A stretch of DNA of 64,000 bases from Gammaproteobacteria bacterium. Its GTDB lineage: Bacteria > Pseudomonadota > Gammaproteobacteria > UBA4575. Below the pieces are notes generated by a model that saw nothing but the letters and a program-made list of their open reading frames with translations, had not been told where the DNA came from and made no database searches. Shown piece after piece: positions 30,068-40,105 of this stretch (position 1 is the stretch's first letter; each line of letters starts with the position of its first letter). Position numbers and translations under genes: made by a program. The stretch covers positions 800,001 to 864,000 of the forward strand of contig CBDCUI010000009.1 of NCBI GenBank assembly GCA_965222615.1, given 5' to 3'.

Positions 30068-30574
30068 ATGAGGGACAAAAAAATATTATTTCTAATTACT
30101 ATGTTCCTAGTAGTCATACTTTTATCTGGGGTTTTCTTAATTCAATATTTAGAAAAAAGGAGGAATTTAGAGCTTGTCGAAAAAATTACTTCACTCGAAT
30201 TGTTTGATATTAATGTAATTAAAATTGCGAAATTAAAAAACTGGAAGCCTGAAGATTGTTTGGTAATTAACAAACGAGAGAATGTTGAAGCATTCATGGA
30301 AGTGTTCAAACAAGTCAAGCCAGGAGGCATCGATGATGAAGAAACCATAGCGGTTGAGAGATTTGTAATTATTGATACCGATTATGGAACCCGCACTTAT
30401 CTAGCAACCATATATGAAACCGCCCCAGAGAAAATAATAATTACCCAAGATATTTATAAAGTGAAAAGGCATAGTAACTACAACCTAAAATTTTCTGGAA
30501 AAGAAGTGAGTCTTAATAATCAATCTAATTGGTTTCTTGATTTACTAAGGTCAAACAACTGTCTAGCTCGGTAA
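30068..30574 (+). CDS. Hypothetical protein with an N-terminal TM anchor
   Basis: 168-aa AT-rich ORF, hydrophobic N-terminus. Confidence 0.7.
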   Translation: MRDKKILFLITMFLVVILLSGVFLIQYLEKRRNLELVEKITSLELFDINVIKIAKLKNWKPEDCLVINKRENVEAFMEVFKQVKPGGIDDEETIAVERFVIIDTDYGTRTYLATIYETAPEKIIITQDIYKVKRHSNYNLKFSGKEVSLNNQSNWFLDLLRSNNCLAR

Positions 30575-30824
30575 TTTGAGCGTCACTCCTGTTATATCTC
30601 TAAACCGAGACAGTTATTCGTATAGGTAACACTCCTGTATTCGTATTATCGCCCGATAGGCGGTACTAATTTACATTATAGCTAACTGATAATTATGAAG
30701 AATTTGTATTGAAGGATGGATAGCATATTAAGTCGCTATCTAAACATTGAATTGTTACTCATCTACCGGGGGTCGTATGTATATTTCTTTCATGGCGTGC
30801 AACAAAATTCATATATCGAATACT

Positions 30825-32360
30825 ATGCTTTCTATTAACAAGCTTGTTTTCGCAAGCGTTTTTATTTTTTCAATAGTTATTATTTTCGGATGCGATGTAG
30901 GTACAGTTAATGATGCAGTAGAAACAATTTCTAAATTGGTTGATGAGAAAAAAAGACAAAAAAATCTTGAACAACAAAAAAATCGATATGAAGGTTCTTT
31001 AAATAATAAACCTGTATATTTGGGCGAAACTGAAGTTGCAAAACAAGGGCGCTACTTTAAAGCTGTGTACCCAGATGCATTCGATGTTATGGATGCAGTT
31101 TACAAAGAATCATTTGAGGCATTGGAGTTTCATTTTAGTGAGCTGAATAAAAACTATAGTAACAATGATGATATACAAACAGAAAAAATGTATAGCATAT
31201 TTTATGGAGGGTTTGGTAATACGGACCCTCGTTTAGAAGATTTATTTAATAAATGGATAAATCAATATCCAGACTCACATACGGCCTATACTGCAAGAGG
31301 TTTATATTACAAGAGTATCGCTGGGGCAAAACGCGGAGGCAAATATATTTCTGATACTGAAGACCATCAGATCAAAGGTATGCATGAATATCTGTCTTTA
31401 GCGAAGAATGATTTATTAAAAGCAATTGAACTCAATGATCATACACTCATGGCATATAATGGTTTATTGGGTCTCTATAATTTAACTGGCGATGATCGTG
31501 CTGAACAAGAAGTTCAAGATAAAGTTTTATCAATTTTTCCAAAATCTATCATTATACGAAGCACTCTAATATTTTCTTTGCAACCAAAATGGGGGGGTTC
31601 AATACATGAGATTGAACAACTTATTCAAAATAGCAAAAAAGTTTATGAGGATGATGACCCACGCCTAGAATATCTACGTAATTACCTTCATTACACTAAA
31701 GCTGAGATAAAAAGACGAACTGATAGAAAGGCAGCAATTCCCTTATATGATGCAGCTGTAGGCGATGGAAACCATTCTTTGTTTTTATATGCTCGCGGTT
31801 CAAACTATTACTATTTAAAACAATATGATAAAGCTCTTGAGGATTTAGACGCAGCAATTAAAAGAAGCCCATATTTACCAGGCTCACGCCTGAAAAGGTC
31901 TAGAGTACTAGAGAAACTGGGTCGAAACGAAGAAGCACTAGAGGATTTAAATGTAGCACTTGAAATTGATTCATTTGATGAGGATTATTTGAGGGCAAGA
32001 GGCGATTTACATAGAACACTTGGTAACTATAAGTTAGCGGAAATCGATTTAACTAACTCTCTTGTTTATGGCAGCACAGAAAGATGGAATTGGCATATGC
32101 TAGCAGAAGTTTATTTGTTTGATTATAAAAACTATGAAGAAGGTGAAAAGGTAGCTAAAAAGGGTCTGGTATTTCATCCCAGAGACGAATTTTTGTGGTA
32201 CGACCTAGCGATTGCACAATCTCAATTATTTAACTGCGAAGTGATGGATACATTTAAAAAATTCTTAAAAATATGTAAAAAACAAGATTGCTCTGAACAA
32301 AATATAAATTGGATAAAAAATTCACAGGAAATATTTAAACAAAGAAAATTTTGTGCTTAA
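30825..32360 (+). CDS. Exported/lipoprotein DUF4034-like + TPR repeat protein
   Basis: W...YPDS..AY.ARG...A..KRGG and LQPKWGGS motifs, several TPRs; start uncertain (ORF track 30747, ATG 30825 gives an IIFGC lipobox-like end). Confidence 0.75.
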   Translation: MLSINKLVFASVFIFSIVIIFGCDVGTVNDAVETISKLVDEKKRQKNLEQQKNRYEGSLNNKPVYLGETEVAKQGRYFKAVYPDAFDVMDAVYKESFEALEFHFSELNKNYSNNDDIQTEKMYSIFYGGFGNTDPRLEDLFNKWINQYPDSHTAYTARGLYYKSIAGAKRGGKYISDTEDHQIKGMHEYLSLAKNDLLKAIELNDHTLMAYNGLLGLYNLTGDDRAEQEVQDKVLSIFPKSIIIRSTLIFSLQPKWGGSIHEIEQLIQNSKKVYEDDDPRLEYLRNYLHYTKAEIKRRTDRKAAIPLYDAAVGDGNHSLFLYARGSNYYYLKQYDKALEDLDAAIKRSPYLPGSRLKRSRVLEKLGRNEEALEDLNVALEIDSFDEDYLRARGDLHRTLGNYKLAEIDLTNSLVYGSTERWNWHMLAEVYLFDYKNYEEGEKVAKKGLVFHPRDEFLWYDLAIAQSQLFNCEVMDTFKKFLKICKKQDCSEQNINWIKNSQEIFKQRKFCA

Positions 32361-32460
32361 ATTTTTGTCAACGATTATTGTTATTAAAAACCAAGCTTTT
32401 AATCATCTGATGTGCGCAAATCGAAATAAGTAAATTATAACCTCCCATAATTAGCCATTC

Positions 32461-32994
32461 ATGACTTCTATCCGTGAAGCAACGAATCTGGATCGTGACA
32501 ATATTTGCGAAATACACATGCTCAGCTTTGATAAATCCGAAGCAAAGAATGTTGCAACGCTCGCATCCAATCTTCTTGACGAAAAAACAAGCCCTGAAAC
32601 ATTGACGAAGGTTGCCGAAATAGATGGCGCAGTGGTAGGCCACATAGCATTCAGTCCAGTAACTTTTGATTCGAGCAAGGATTTGAAAGGTTATATCTTG
32701 GCACCACTTGGCGTAAAACCCGAGTATCAAAAACGCGGAATCGGATCGAAACTCATTGAAAATGGTATAGAGTTACTAACAAGGAAAGGAGTCAACGTAT
32801 TATTTGTTTACGGTGATCCGAAGTTTTACGGCAAGTTCAGGTTCAAAGTCGAGACTGCTGCCAGATACTTGCCACCTTACAAGTTACAGTATCCTTTTGG
32901 GTGGCTAGCACTTACCCTTAACGAGGAGGGTTCTGCTGAACATACTGTCAAGATATCGTGTGTAGCTTCATTGTGCGATCCAGCACTATGGTAA
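32461..32994 (+). CDS. GNAT N-acetyltransferase (YhbS-like)
   Basis: VVGHIAFSP, LAPLGVKPEYQKRGIGSKLI, VYGDPKFYGKF. Confidence 0.9.
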   Translation: MTSIREATNLDRDNICEIHMLSFDKSEAKNVATLASNLLDEKTSPETLTKVAEIDGAVVGHIAFSPVTFDSSKDLKGYILAPLGVKPEYQKRGIGSKLIENGIELLTRKGVNVLFVYGDPKFYGKFRFKVETAARYLPPYKLQYPFGWLALTLNEEGSAEHTVKISCVASLCDPALW

Positions 32995-33015
32995 TCATGC
33001 TGCTAACAAAACATT

Positions 33016-33042
33016 AATGTCTGCTATTGGCCAAAAGCAGAC
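33016..33042 (+). repeat. 27-bp hairpin repeat copy R1
   Basis: aatgtctgctattggccaaaagcagac; stem gtctgct/agcagac. Confidence 0.7.
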
Positions 33043-33097
33043 TTAATTTAAACCATTTAGGTAAATATCAGGTTGGAAACTTTAAAATCTTATTGAA

Positions 33098-33124
33098 AAT
33101 GACCGTCTACGATCCAAAGCGGAC
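33098..33124 (+). repeat. 27-bp hairpin repeat copy R2
   Basis: aatgaccgtctacgatccaaagcggac. Confidence 0.65.
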
Positions 33125-33214
33125 AGTTAAGATTGACAGTTTATTGTTCTACGTCAACATAAAACGAGCACTTATTGGCATGATATAGAACAATAAATAG
33201 AGGGGCACCAAATC

Positions 33215-33466
33215 ATGGCCTCAATTGAATCTTTAGCAACGTTTTTTGGTTGGTGTACAGTCATCAACTTAGGGATTTTATTGATATTTGTGTTACTCAT
33301 GAGTTTCATAAATAAAGATGGTTTCCTTGTCAAATTCAGTACGAAAATTTTTGGTAATACGAAAGAAGATACTTGGGCAACTACATTTCGTGTTTTTCAA
33401 CAATATCGTCTCTTGTTTGTAGTTTTCAATGTCGTGCCTTATATCGCACTGAAAATCATGGCCTAA
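33215..33466 (+). CDS. Small membrane protein (DUF6868-like)
   Basis: FFGWCTVINLGILL...YRLLFVVFNVVPYIALKIM; GAGG RBS. Confidence 0.8.
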   Translation: MASIESLATFFGWCTVINLGILLIFVLLMSFINKDGFLVKFSTKIFGNTKEDTWATTFRVFQQYRLLFVVFNVVPYIALKIMA

Positions 33467-33534
33467 TAAATTCACCTCAATTTCCTAATAATATCCCTCA
33501 TAAAAAGAACGTGGGTGTACGTAAAGAAGAAAAA

Positions 33535-34329
33535 ATGAAAATCACTTACTACCTTTACAACACTTTTGTTATTGAATTGGGTAATAAAAAAATAGCTATA
33601 GACCCAGGGGCATTATTCTTCTATTTTTTCAGACTCACGCCTTTAATTCCAAAATCGGAATGGAAGGATATTACACACATCTTCATAACTCATGGTGATA
33701 TTGACCATTACTGGCACACGGATCGCGTAGCAGAAGTCTCTGGAGCTAAAGTGATTTGCAATAAAACTATGATAAAAAACATAGAGGGAAAAGCACTAAT
33801 GCTTGGACCTCGAGATAAAGGACTATCATTTACAACAGCAATTAACAATATTCATGCCATCTCAGTTAATGAAACAATTCAGCTTGATGATATGTCAATT
33901 ACAGGAATAAAAACGACGCATGGTGACTTAAAGATTAAATTAGGTCCATTTTCTAAAACACTAAGGCCAGGACCAGATGAGAGAGTTGGATGGGGCGCCA
34001 TTGGTTTCAATATTAAACTTGATGGGAAAAGTATTGTTAATCTTGGAGATACTCTACTTCATACAAATGAATGGAAAACAATAAGCAATCCTGACATATT
34101 AATGATTCCGATTGGAGGCTCAATCATTCACAATACAATGGACGAGAGAGAAGCCTTGCAAGCGGTAAATATAATGCAACCAAAACTTGTAATTCCCTGC
34201 CATTATAACTGTCCTGCACTCTTCACAAAAAAATATAATCCTGCTAATGACGAGATATTTAAAAAAGAAGTGAATCAAACAGGTTCAAAATGTGTAGTTT
34301 TATATAATGGGGAATCAATAAATTTTTAA
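33535..34329 (+). CDS. MBL-fold metallo-hydrolase (UPF0173-like)
   Basis: IDPG, THGDIDH, LGDT, PIGG, IPCHY; true start ATG 33535 (ORF track extends into the upstream gene). Confidence 0.88.
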   Translation: MKITYYLYNTFVIELGNKKIAIDPGALFFYFFRLTPLIPKSEWKDITHIFITHGDIDHYWHTDRVAEVSGAKVICNKTMIKNIEGKALMLGPRDKGLSFTTAINNIHAISVNETIQLDDMSITGIKTTHGDLKIKLGPFSKTLRPGPDERVGWGAIGFNIKLDGKSIVNLGDTLLHTNEWKTISNPDILMIPIGGSIIHNTMDEREALQAVNIMQPKLVIPCHYNCPALFTKKYNPANDEIFKKEVNQTGSKCVVLYNGESINF

Positions 34330-34333
34330 AAAG

Positions 34334-34360
34334 AATGACTACTATTAGCCGGAAGCGGAT
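34334..34360 (+). repeat. 27-bp hairpin repeat copy R3
   Basis: aatgactactattagccggaagcggat, 4 bp after the MBL stop codon. Confidence 0.62.
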
Positions 34361-34405
34361 ATTAGATAATTAAGACTTTTATATGTGGTACCGACGTAAA
34401 AACGT

Positions 34406-35200
34406 CTAATTATTTTGTAGTGCTGATAATTCAGCATCACTAAAACCCGCTTGTTTACGTGCTTCAATCTGAAAAGGCCCGCGTAATTCCCCACCCATAT
34501 ACTTAGTTAATAATTCTTGAAAGGTCTGCTCTGGTATTAAGCCTTGTTGTTCGCACACATAATTAAACCAGCGTGTGCCGATTGCAACATGACCAATTTC
34601 TTGTTCAAAAATTATTTTTAAAATATTTGCTGTGGCTTCGTCACCATGACTTTGCAACTTTGTGATCATTTTTGGGGTTACATCCAGACCTCTGGCTTCC
34701 AGCACTCTGGGTACTAACGCCATTCGCGCAATGATATTGTCAGCAGTTTTAATCGCCATTTCCCATAAGCCATTATGTGCATCAAAATCACCATACTCAT
34801 AATCTTGTTCTTGTAATCGATCGCGCAACATTGAAAAATGCTGTGCTTCTTCAAAGGCAACTTGCAACCAGTCGCGATAATATTTTTCAGGTAATTTTTG
34901 ATATCGGTATATCGCATCAAGCGCTAAATTGATTGCATTAAACTCTATATGTGTAACGGCATGAATTAAAGCTGCACGCCCTTGTTCTGTAGCCAAACTG
35001 CGTCGTGGAACTGCGCGTGGCTGTACTAAATTAGGTTTTTCAGGACGACCAGGAATGTCAATTTTTTCTATTGAGTCAGTGCATTTTAAATTTAGATCGT
35101 GGTGATCAATATATTCTTTAAGTTGAAAGACTTGTTTGCATTTGTCATCAGGATTCGACTGCATTAAACAGTCATATGCATCGGCAAATATAGATCTCAT
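34406..35200 (-). CDS. Ferritin-like domain protein (DUF455)
   Basis: HAVTHIEFNAINLALD, EEAQHF, LVPRVLEARGLDVTP, EIGHVAIG. Confidence 0.92.
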   Translation of the reverse strand: MRSIFADAYDCLMQSNPDDKCKQVFQLKEYIDHHDLNLKCTDSIEKIDIPGRPEKPNLVQPRAVPRRSLATEQGRAALIHAVTHIEFNAINLALDAIYRYQKLPEKYYRDWLQVAFEEAQHFSMLRDRLQEQDYEYGDFDAHNGLWEMAIKTADNIIARMALVPRVLEARGLDVTPKMITKLQSHGDEATANILKIIFEQEIGHVAIGTRWFNYVCEQQGLIPEQTFQELLTKYMGGELRGPFQIEARKQAGFSDAELSALQNN

Positions 35201-35223
35201 ATGAATAGAAAAATGAACAATGA

Positions 35224-35754
35224 CTATTTATCAATAATGACTAAGGATGCAATCTCGATGCGATCATATAAGTCAATAACGTCTTGATTTTTCATGCGAA
35301 TACAGCCTTCCGAGGCAGGTTGACCTATCAAGCCTTCTTCATGAGTGCCATGGATATAAATATATCTTGCATAGCTATCCACCCCTGCTCCTTTATTTAC
35401 CCCCTCCTCCAGACCTGCTAGCCAGATTATTCTGGAGGTAATGCAATCTTCATTGGTGCAAATATCTTCATGCTCAATGTTGGCACAACTATGTGTACGT
35501 TCTCTAGCTTTAAATATTTCGGCAAACTCCGCATCACCACCAATTTTTTCTTGAACACAATGAACCCCTAACGGAGTTTTATAAGAGTCTTCTTCTTGCC
35601 CGGTACCGTATCGAGAAGTAGATATTGGATATTCACATACACACTCATTATTCAAAAATACGTATAGCTTTTGCTCACTTATTTTTATTACAACTGCAGG
35701 ATAATTTGCATGTTGTGGATACTTATCGCAAGCTTGCTTTACTCTATGTAACAA
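35224..35754 (-). CDS. L,D-transpeptidase (YkuD) family protein
   Basis: STSRYG...SYKTPLG, IYIHGT...PASEGCIRM. Confidence 0.9.
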   Translation of the reverse strand: MLHRVKQACDKYPQHANYPAVVIKISEQKLYVFLNNECVCEYPISTSRYGTGQEEDSYKTPLGVHCVQEKIGGDAEFAEIFKARERTHSCANIEHEDICTNEDCITSRIIWLAGLEEGVNKGAGVDSYARYIYIHGTHEEGLIGQPASEGCIRMKNQDVIDLYDRIEIASLVIIDK

Positions 35755-35805
35755 CGTCTTAACTCTTTTAGTTTCTGGAATTTAAGGACTTAAACCAAGA
35801 CTAAC

Positions 35806-35929
35806 AGGAAGTTATGATTTATTCTGAGACGAGGCAAAAAATGTCGAGATGAGCGATGTGTATTGACTCATACATGAGCGATATCGAGATCATTTTTTAA
35901 CAAAGTATCGGGATAAATCAGGACTTCCT
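35806..35929. mobile_element. 124-bp MITE-like palindromic element
   Basis: Imperfect terminal inverted repeats aggaagttatgatttattctgagac / gtatcgggataaatcaggacttcct with internal hairpins; 5 bp from the purF stop. Confidence 0.65.
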
Positions 35930-35934
35930 AAGGT

Positions 35935-37440
35935 TCAACTACTGTTGTGTAAGTCTATCCCAATATATTCTTTTTCATGTTCTTGTTTTGATTTGTCACT
36001 TCGGACCACTTCTAAGTTTTCAAAGTAACCGTCTTCAACACCTGTAATGTAATCACCATTAAACACCGATGTATCGAATTGTTCTAAACGCAAGTTTCCT
36101 TGTTGCACTGCCGAGATCAAATCATCCAAATCTTGATAAATCAACTTATCTGCATTTATTTCAGTACATATTTCATCAATTTCTTTATTAAATGCAATTA
36201 ATTCATTGCGTGCAGGCATATCTATACCATAGATATTCTGATAACGAATTGGAGGAGATGCGGAAGCAAAATACACTTTTCTTGCACCCGCATCGCGCGC
36301 CATTTGTACAATTTCCCGTGAAGTGGTGCCACGCACAATGGAGTCGTCGATAAGCAATACATTTTTGTCCCTAAACTCTAAGCCAATCGGATTCAGTTTT
36401 TGTCGTACTGATTTTTTGCGAATCTTTTGTCCTGGCATAATAAATGTACGTCCAATGTAACGATTTTTAATAAATCCTTCTCGATATTTAACTCCCAATA
36501 AATAAGCAATTTCAATTGCAGCTGTACGACTGGTATCAGGAATCGGCATGACGACATCAACATCGTGATTAGGCCATTGCTTAAGAATTTTTTTCGCTAA
36601 CTTCTGGCCCATCCGCATACGCGCCTTTTGCACAAAGACATCTTCAATAACAGAATCTGGGCGCGCAAAATATACATACTCAAATATACACGGCGAATGA
36701 AGCACTTGCGGTGCACAGTGCTGAGCAGAAATTTTTCCATTTATATCAATAAATATCGCCTCACCCGGAGCGATATCACGTACTAAACTAAATCCAAGCA
36801 CATCCAGTGCTGCGCTTTCGGAAGCGACCATGTATTCTGTTCCAAATTGTGATTCTCGCACTCCATAAACGAGTGGCCGGATACCATTTGGATCACGAAA
36901 AGCAACAATACCCCTACCGGTAAGCATAGCAACCACTGCATAGGCACCTTTACAGCGCCTGTGCACACCTTTAACCGCTGCAAAAACTTCTTCAGCTTGC
37001 AGTTGTAGCGATTGTTGATTGGCTAGCTCATGTGCAAATATGTTTAAAAGAATTTCTGAATCAGATTCTGTATTGAGATGACGTCTATCTTCTAAAAATA
37101 ATTCTTTTTTTAGTTGCTCTGCATTTACTAAGTTACCATTATGCCCAAGCGAAATGCCAAATGGCGAATTGACATAAAATGGTTGCGCTTCTGCAGAAGA
37201 TGATGACCCAGCTGTCGGATAGCGGACATGAGCAATACCCATCATGCCTTTTAAGCGTTCCATGTGACGACTGTGGAAAACATCTCGTACTAAACCGTTT
37301 GCTTTGCGTTGGTAGAGTCGGCCCTCATCATAAGTAACTATACCTGCCGCATCTTGTCCACGATGTTGCAATACTAGTAAAGCATTATATAGATCCTGAT
37401 TAACTGCTCGATTAGCAACAATGCCAACAATACCGCACAT
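35935..37440 (-). CDS. purF: Amidophosphoribosyltransferase
   Basis: [33 protein letters not shown]. Confidence 0.98.
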   Translation of the reverse strand: MCGIVGIVANRAVNQDLYNALLVLQHRGQDAAGIVTYDEGRLYQRKANGLVRDVFHSRHMERLKGMMGIAHVRYPTAGSSSSAEAQPFYVNSPFGISLGHNGNLVNAEQLKKELFLEDRRHLNTESDSEILLNIFAHELANQQSLQLQAEEVFAAVKGVHRRCKGAYAVVAMLTGRGIVAFRDPNGIRPLVYGVRESQFGTEYMVASESAALDVLGFSLVRDIAPGEAIFIDINGKISAQHCAPQVLHSPCIFEYVYFARPDSVIEDVFVQKARMRMGQKLAKKILKQWPNHDVDVVMPIPDTSRTAAIEIAYLLGVKYREGFIKNRYIGRTFIMPGQKIRKKSVRQKLNPIGLEFRDKNVLLIDDSIVRGTTSREIVQMARDAGARKVYFASASPPIRYQNIYGIDMPARNELIAFNKEIDEICTEINADKLIYQDLDDLISAVQQGNLRLEQFDTSVFNGDYITGVEDGYFENLEVVRSDKSKQEHEKEYIGIDLHNSS

Positions 37441-37460
37441 GTAACTAAGACTTAATTGTG

Positions 37461-38027
37461 TTAAAGATTGTAGGATGAGGCTTGTAATTCAGCCTCATCA
37501 AATGAAAAGTATTTTGAGTATTCGGGTGGCATGATATCAATAACCTTGCGTGCCACTAATTCAAACGGAGGCAAAAACTGCGATGCCTTCCAAGTATCTG
37601 AACGTGGAAAACTCGTCAAAGCCGCCAATAAAATAACAATTACCACTACGGCAGCACCTCTCGCCACTCCAAAAAACGCGCCTAATATCCTATCAATTCC
37701 ACGTAGTGCACGTGTTTGGGTAATTTGACTAAGTATATAATTAAGCAGAGCACCGGCAATTAACGTCCCTATCACGATTAATATGAATGCGATGCCTACA
37801 CGTAACTTACTTGCTTCCACTCCACCTGTACCAAAATTGATGGTTGCTTCATCAATACTAGAGGGAAGAAATAACGCTACTTGTTCAGAAAATGTCATGG
37901 CTAACCAAATTGCTGCAATCCAGCTGGCTAGAGAAATCGCTTCTTTCACAAAACCTCGGAACATAGCAATCACTACTGAAATAAGAAGTATGATCGCAAT
38001 GCCGAGGTCAATCCACGATAATTCCAT
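37461..38027 (-). CDS. cvpA: Colicin V production protein CvpA
   Basis: [23 protein letters not shown]; upstream of purF. Confidence 0.93.
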   Translation of the reverse strand: MELSWIDLGIAIILLISVVIAMFRGFVKEAISLASWIAAIWLAMTFSEQVALFLPSSIDEATINFGTGGVEASKLRVGIAFILIVIGTLIAGALLNYILSQITQTRALRGIDRILGAFFGVARGAAVVVIVILLAALTSFPRSDTWKASQFLPPFELVARKVIDIMPPEYSKYFSFDEAELQASSYNL

Positions 38028-38102
38028 ATATGGCCTTCATCAAAAACTAGTTTTTATATTCTATGCTGAATAAATATTGATATAACTGAATTTTATGAAA
38101 AA

Positions 38103-38678
38103 TTAAGGATGATTGGTTACAAAGCTGTCAGTAAGCCCATGCTCTTGCTCAATTTTATCGCGCATTTTCTCAGCATTTTCTCGTTTTAATTCGGGCCCAA
38201 CTTTTACACGGTATAAAACCTTATTTCCATTAGCAGTTTTTTCCGTAAATGCTGGATAATTCTCTGCTAACAACTTTTGTTGTAACGCCATTGCCTTTTC
38301 TTCTTCGCCAAATGCAGCAACTTGAACTGCCCACGCACTTAAATCTGGGTTTGGTTTTATATGATTGGCTGTGGCTTCAACTACCTTTGGCTTTGGTTTT
38401 TCTTTTACAACAGGGGCAGTCTCAGCAGTTTTAGCTTCTTGTTTAGGAACTGATTTGGCTTGAGTGTCTATCTTATTATCAATAGGCGGCAATTCGTCCA
38501 ATTGCTTGGTATCCGGTAGATCACTCTCGAACACAAATTTCGGTTTAGGTGGTGCTTCCATATTAATCGCCACGGTTTCTTGCTGGCCCGACCCATCTAG
38601 AATCATCGGCACAAATATTACTGCCAGCGCGATGATTACCGCTGTACCAATTAATCGTTGTTTTAAAGTAGGGTCCAT
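38103..38678 (-). CDS. dedD: SPOR-domain cell division protein DedD
   Basis: KQRLIGTAVIIALAVIFVP, C-terminal SPOR (WAVQVAAF...YRVKVGP); folC-dedD-cvpA synteny. Confidence 0.88.
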   Translation of the reverse strand: MDPTLKQRLIGTAVIIALAVIFVPMILDGSGQQETVAINMEAPPKPKFVFESDLPDTKQLDELPPIDNKIDTQAKSVPKQEAKTAETAPVVKEKPKPKVVEATANHIKPNPDLSAWAVQVAAFGEEEKAMALQQKLLAENYPAFTEKTANGNKVLYRVKVGPELKRENAEKMRDKIEQEHGLTDSFVTNHP

Positions 38679-38737
38679 AGAAATACGAATTACATAGAGT
38701 ATGATTAGACCGGTTTTAGTGAAAAACGTTTAGCTAA

Positions 38738-40003
38738 TTATACTTCTAGGCTTAACACTTCCGCCACTGTTAAGAATGAGCCAAATACGACAATCCGCGA
38801 AGTCGTGTTGGCCTCTTGTTTGGCCGCAAAATAGGCTTGTGAAATCGTTGGATAAGCCTGTGAAATGCATTCTGGACAATGCTGATGGAGCTTTTTCTGT
38901 AGCTCATCACATCCCATTGCACGTTCACTATCCAGCTGAGAAATAAACCACTTATCAAACACGCCCTTCACGGTCTCAATAATGCCATCAACGTCTTTAT
39001 CTGCTAATACAGCAAACACGGCGTAGGTATTTGTGGCTGGCTCTAAATCTTGCAAATTATTTACTAATGCCTTAGTGCTATCCAAGTTGTGTGCCACATC
39101 AAGAATAATATCGCAATTACCGGATATTCTTTGAAACCGACCTAACAAGTTAATATTGCTTAAACCACGATCAATACATTCCCGCGTCACAGGTAATGAA
39201 CCATCAAGTGACGATAAACCCATCAAAGCAGTGGCAGCATTGCTAATTTGCACGCCTCCATACAAACTCGGTATCGGTAAATTATTCCACTCCAAGCTTG
39301 AAGATTCAAAGGACCAAGTTTGATTATCATTTTTCTTAACAAAATAATCGCTATTGATCATATACAATTTCGATCCAATATCTTTTGCATATTTAATCAA
39401 ACTTTCTGGAGGGTCTTTATCACCACAAATTGCAGGGCAGTCCGCTCTAAATATTCCAGCTTTTTCAAAGCCAATTGATTCACGAGTAGAACCTAACCAC
39501 TGCACATGATCAATGCCAATACTTGAAATAATCGCTAGATGCGAATCTAAAATATTTACCGCATCTAAACGACCCCCAAGCCCAACTTCATAAATTGCCA
39601 CATCTAAGTCTAGCTGACTAAATATTTGCATTGCAGCTAATGTTCCAAATTCAAAATAACTCAAACTGATTTCACCACGTGCCTCATCTACTAACGAAAA
39701 GGCGTTACAGAGTGTTTCATCGTCGACATTATTTTGTTCAATCCTGATGCGTTCGTTGTAGTGTAACAAGTGTGGAGATGTGTAGGCCGCTACTCGATAA
39801 CCTGCATGGTGATAAATTGACTCTAACACTGCGACGATAGAGCCTTTACCATTGGTTCCAGCAACAGTAATTATTTTACTCTTTGGTTGTAGCACACCTA
39901 GGGAGTTAGCAACGTCTGCAATTCGATCAAGACCCAGTTCGATCTTTTGTGAATGTAGAGTTTGCTGCCAGGCAAGCCAATCTTGGAGATGCTCGAATCT
40001 CAA
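38738..40003 (-). CDS. folC: Folylpolyglutamate/dihydrofolate synthase
   Basis: VAGTNGKGS, YTSPHL, EVGLGGRLDAVN, DVAHN. Confidence 0.96.
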   Translation of the reverse strand: MRFEHLQDWLAWQQTLHSQKIELGLDRIADVANSLGVLQPKSKIITVAGTNGKGSIVAVLESIYHHAGYRVAAYTSPHLLHYNERIRIEQNNVDDETLCNAFSLVDEARGEISLSYFEFGTLAAMQIFSQLDLDVAIYEVGLGGRLDAVNILDSHLAIISSIGIDHVQWLGSTRESIGFEKAGIFRADCPAICGDKDPPESLIKYAKDIGSKLYMINSDYFVKKNDNQTWSFESSSLEWNNLPIPSLYGGVQISNAATALMGLSSLDGSLPVTRECIDRGLSNINLLGRFQRISGNCDIILDVAHNLDSTKALVNNLQDLEPATNTYAVFAVLADKDVDGIIETVKGVFDKWFISQLDSERAMGCDELQKKLHQHCPECISQAYPTISQAYFAAKQEANTTSRIVVFGSFLTVAEVLSLEV

Positions 40004-40105
40004 AGTAGTTAAAAATAGAAGTGAATAAAGCTGTTTGTAACAGTTTTAAATTATTAAGTATAGATAGTGCTGTCTATTTATTACCCACTATGGATAAAAA
40101 ATCAC

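Noticed and set aside
32401-32426. aatcatctgatgtgcgcaaatcgaaa as a fifth copy of the 27-bp repeat upstream of the GNAT gene
   Set aside because: Too degenerate to support by eye; it needs a profile search.
29876-34360. Complete integron or CRISPR array
   Set aside because: No intI and no full attC fold; repeats are degenerate and separated by whole genes, not spacers; no cas genes.
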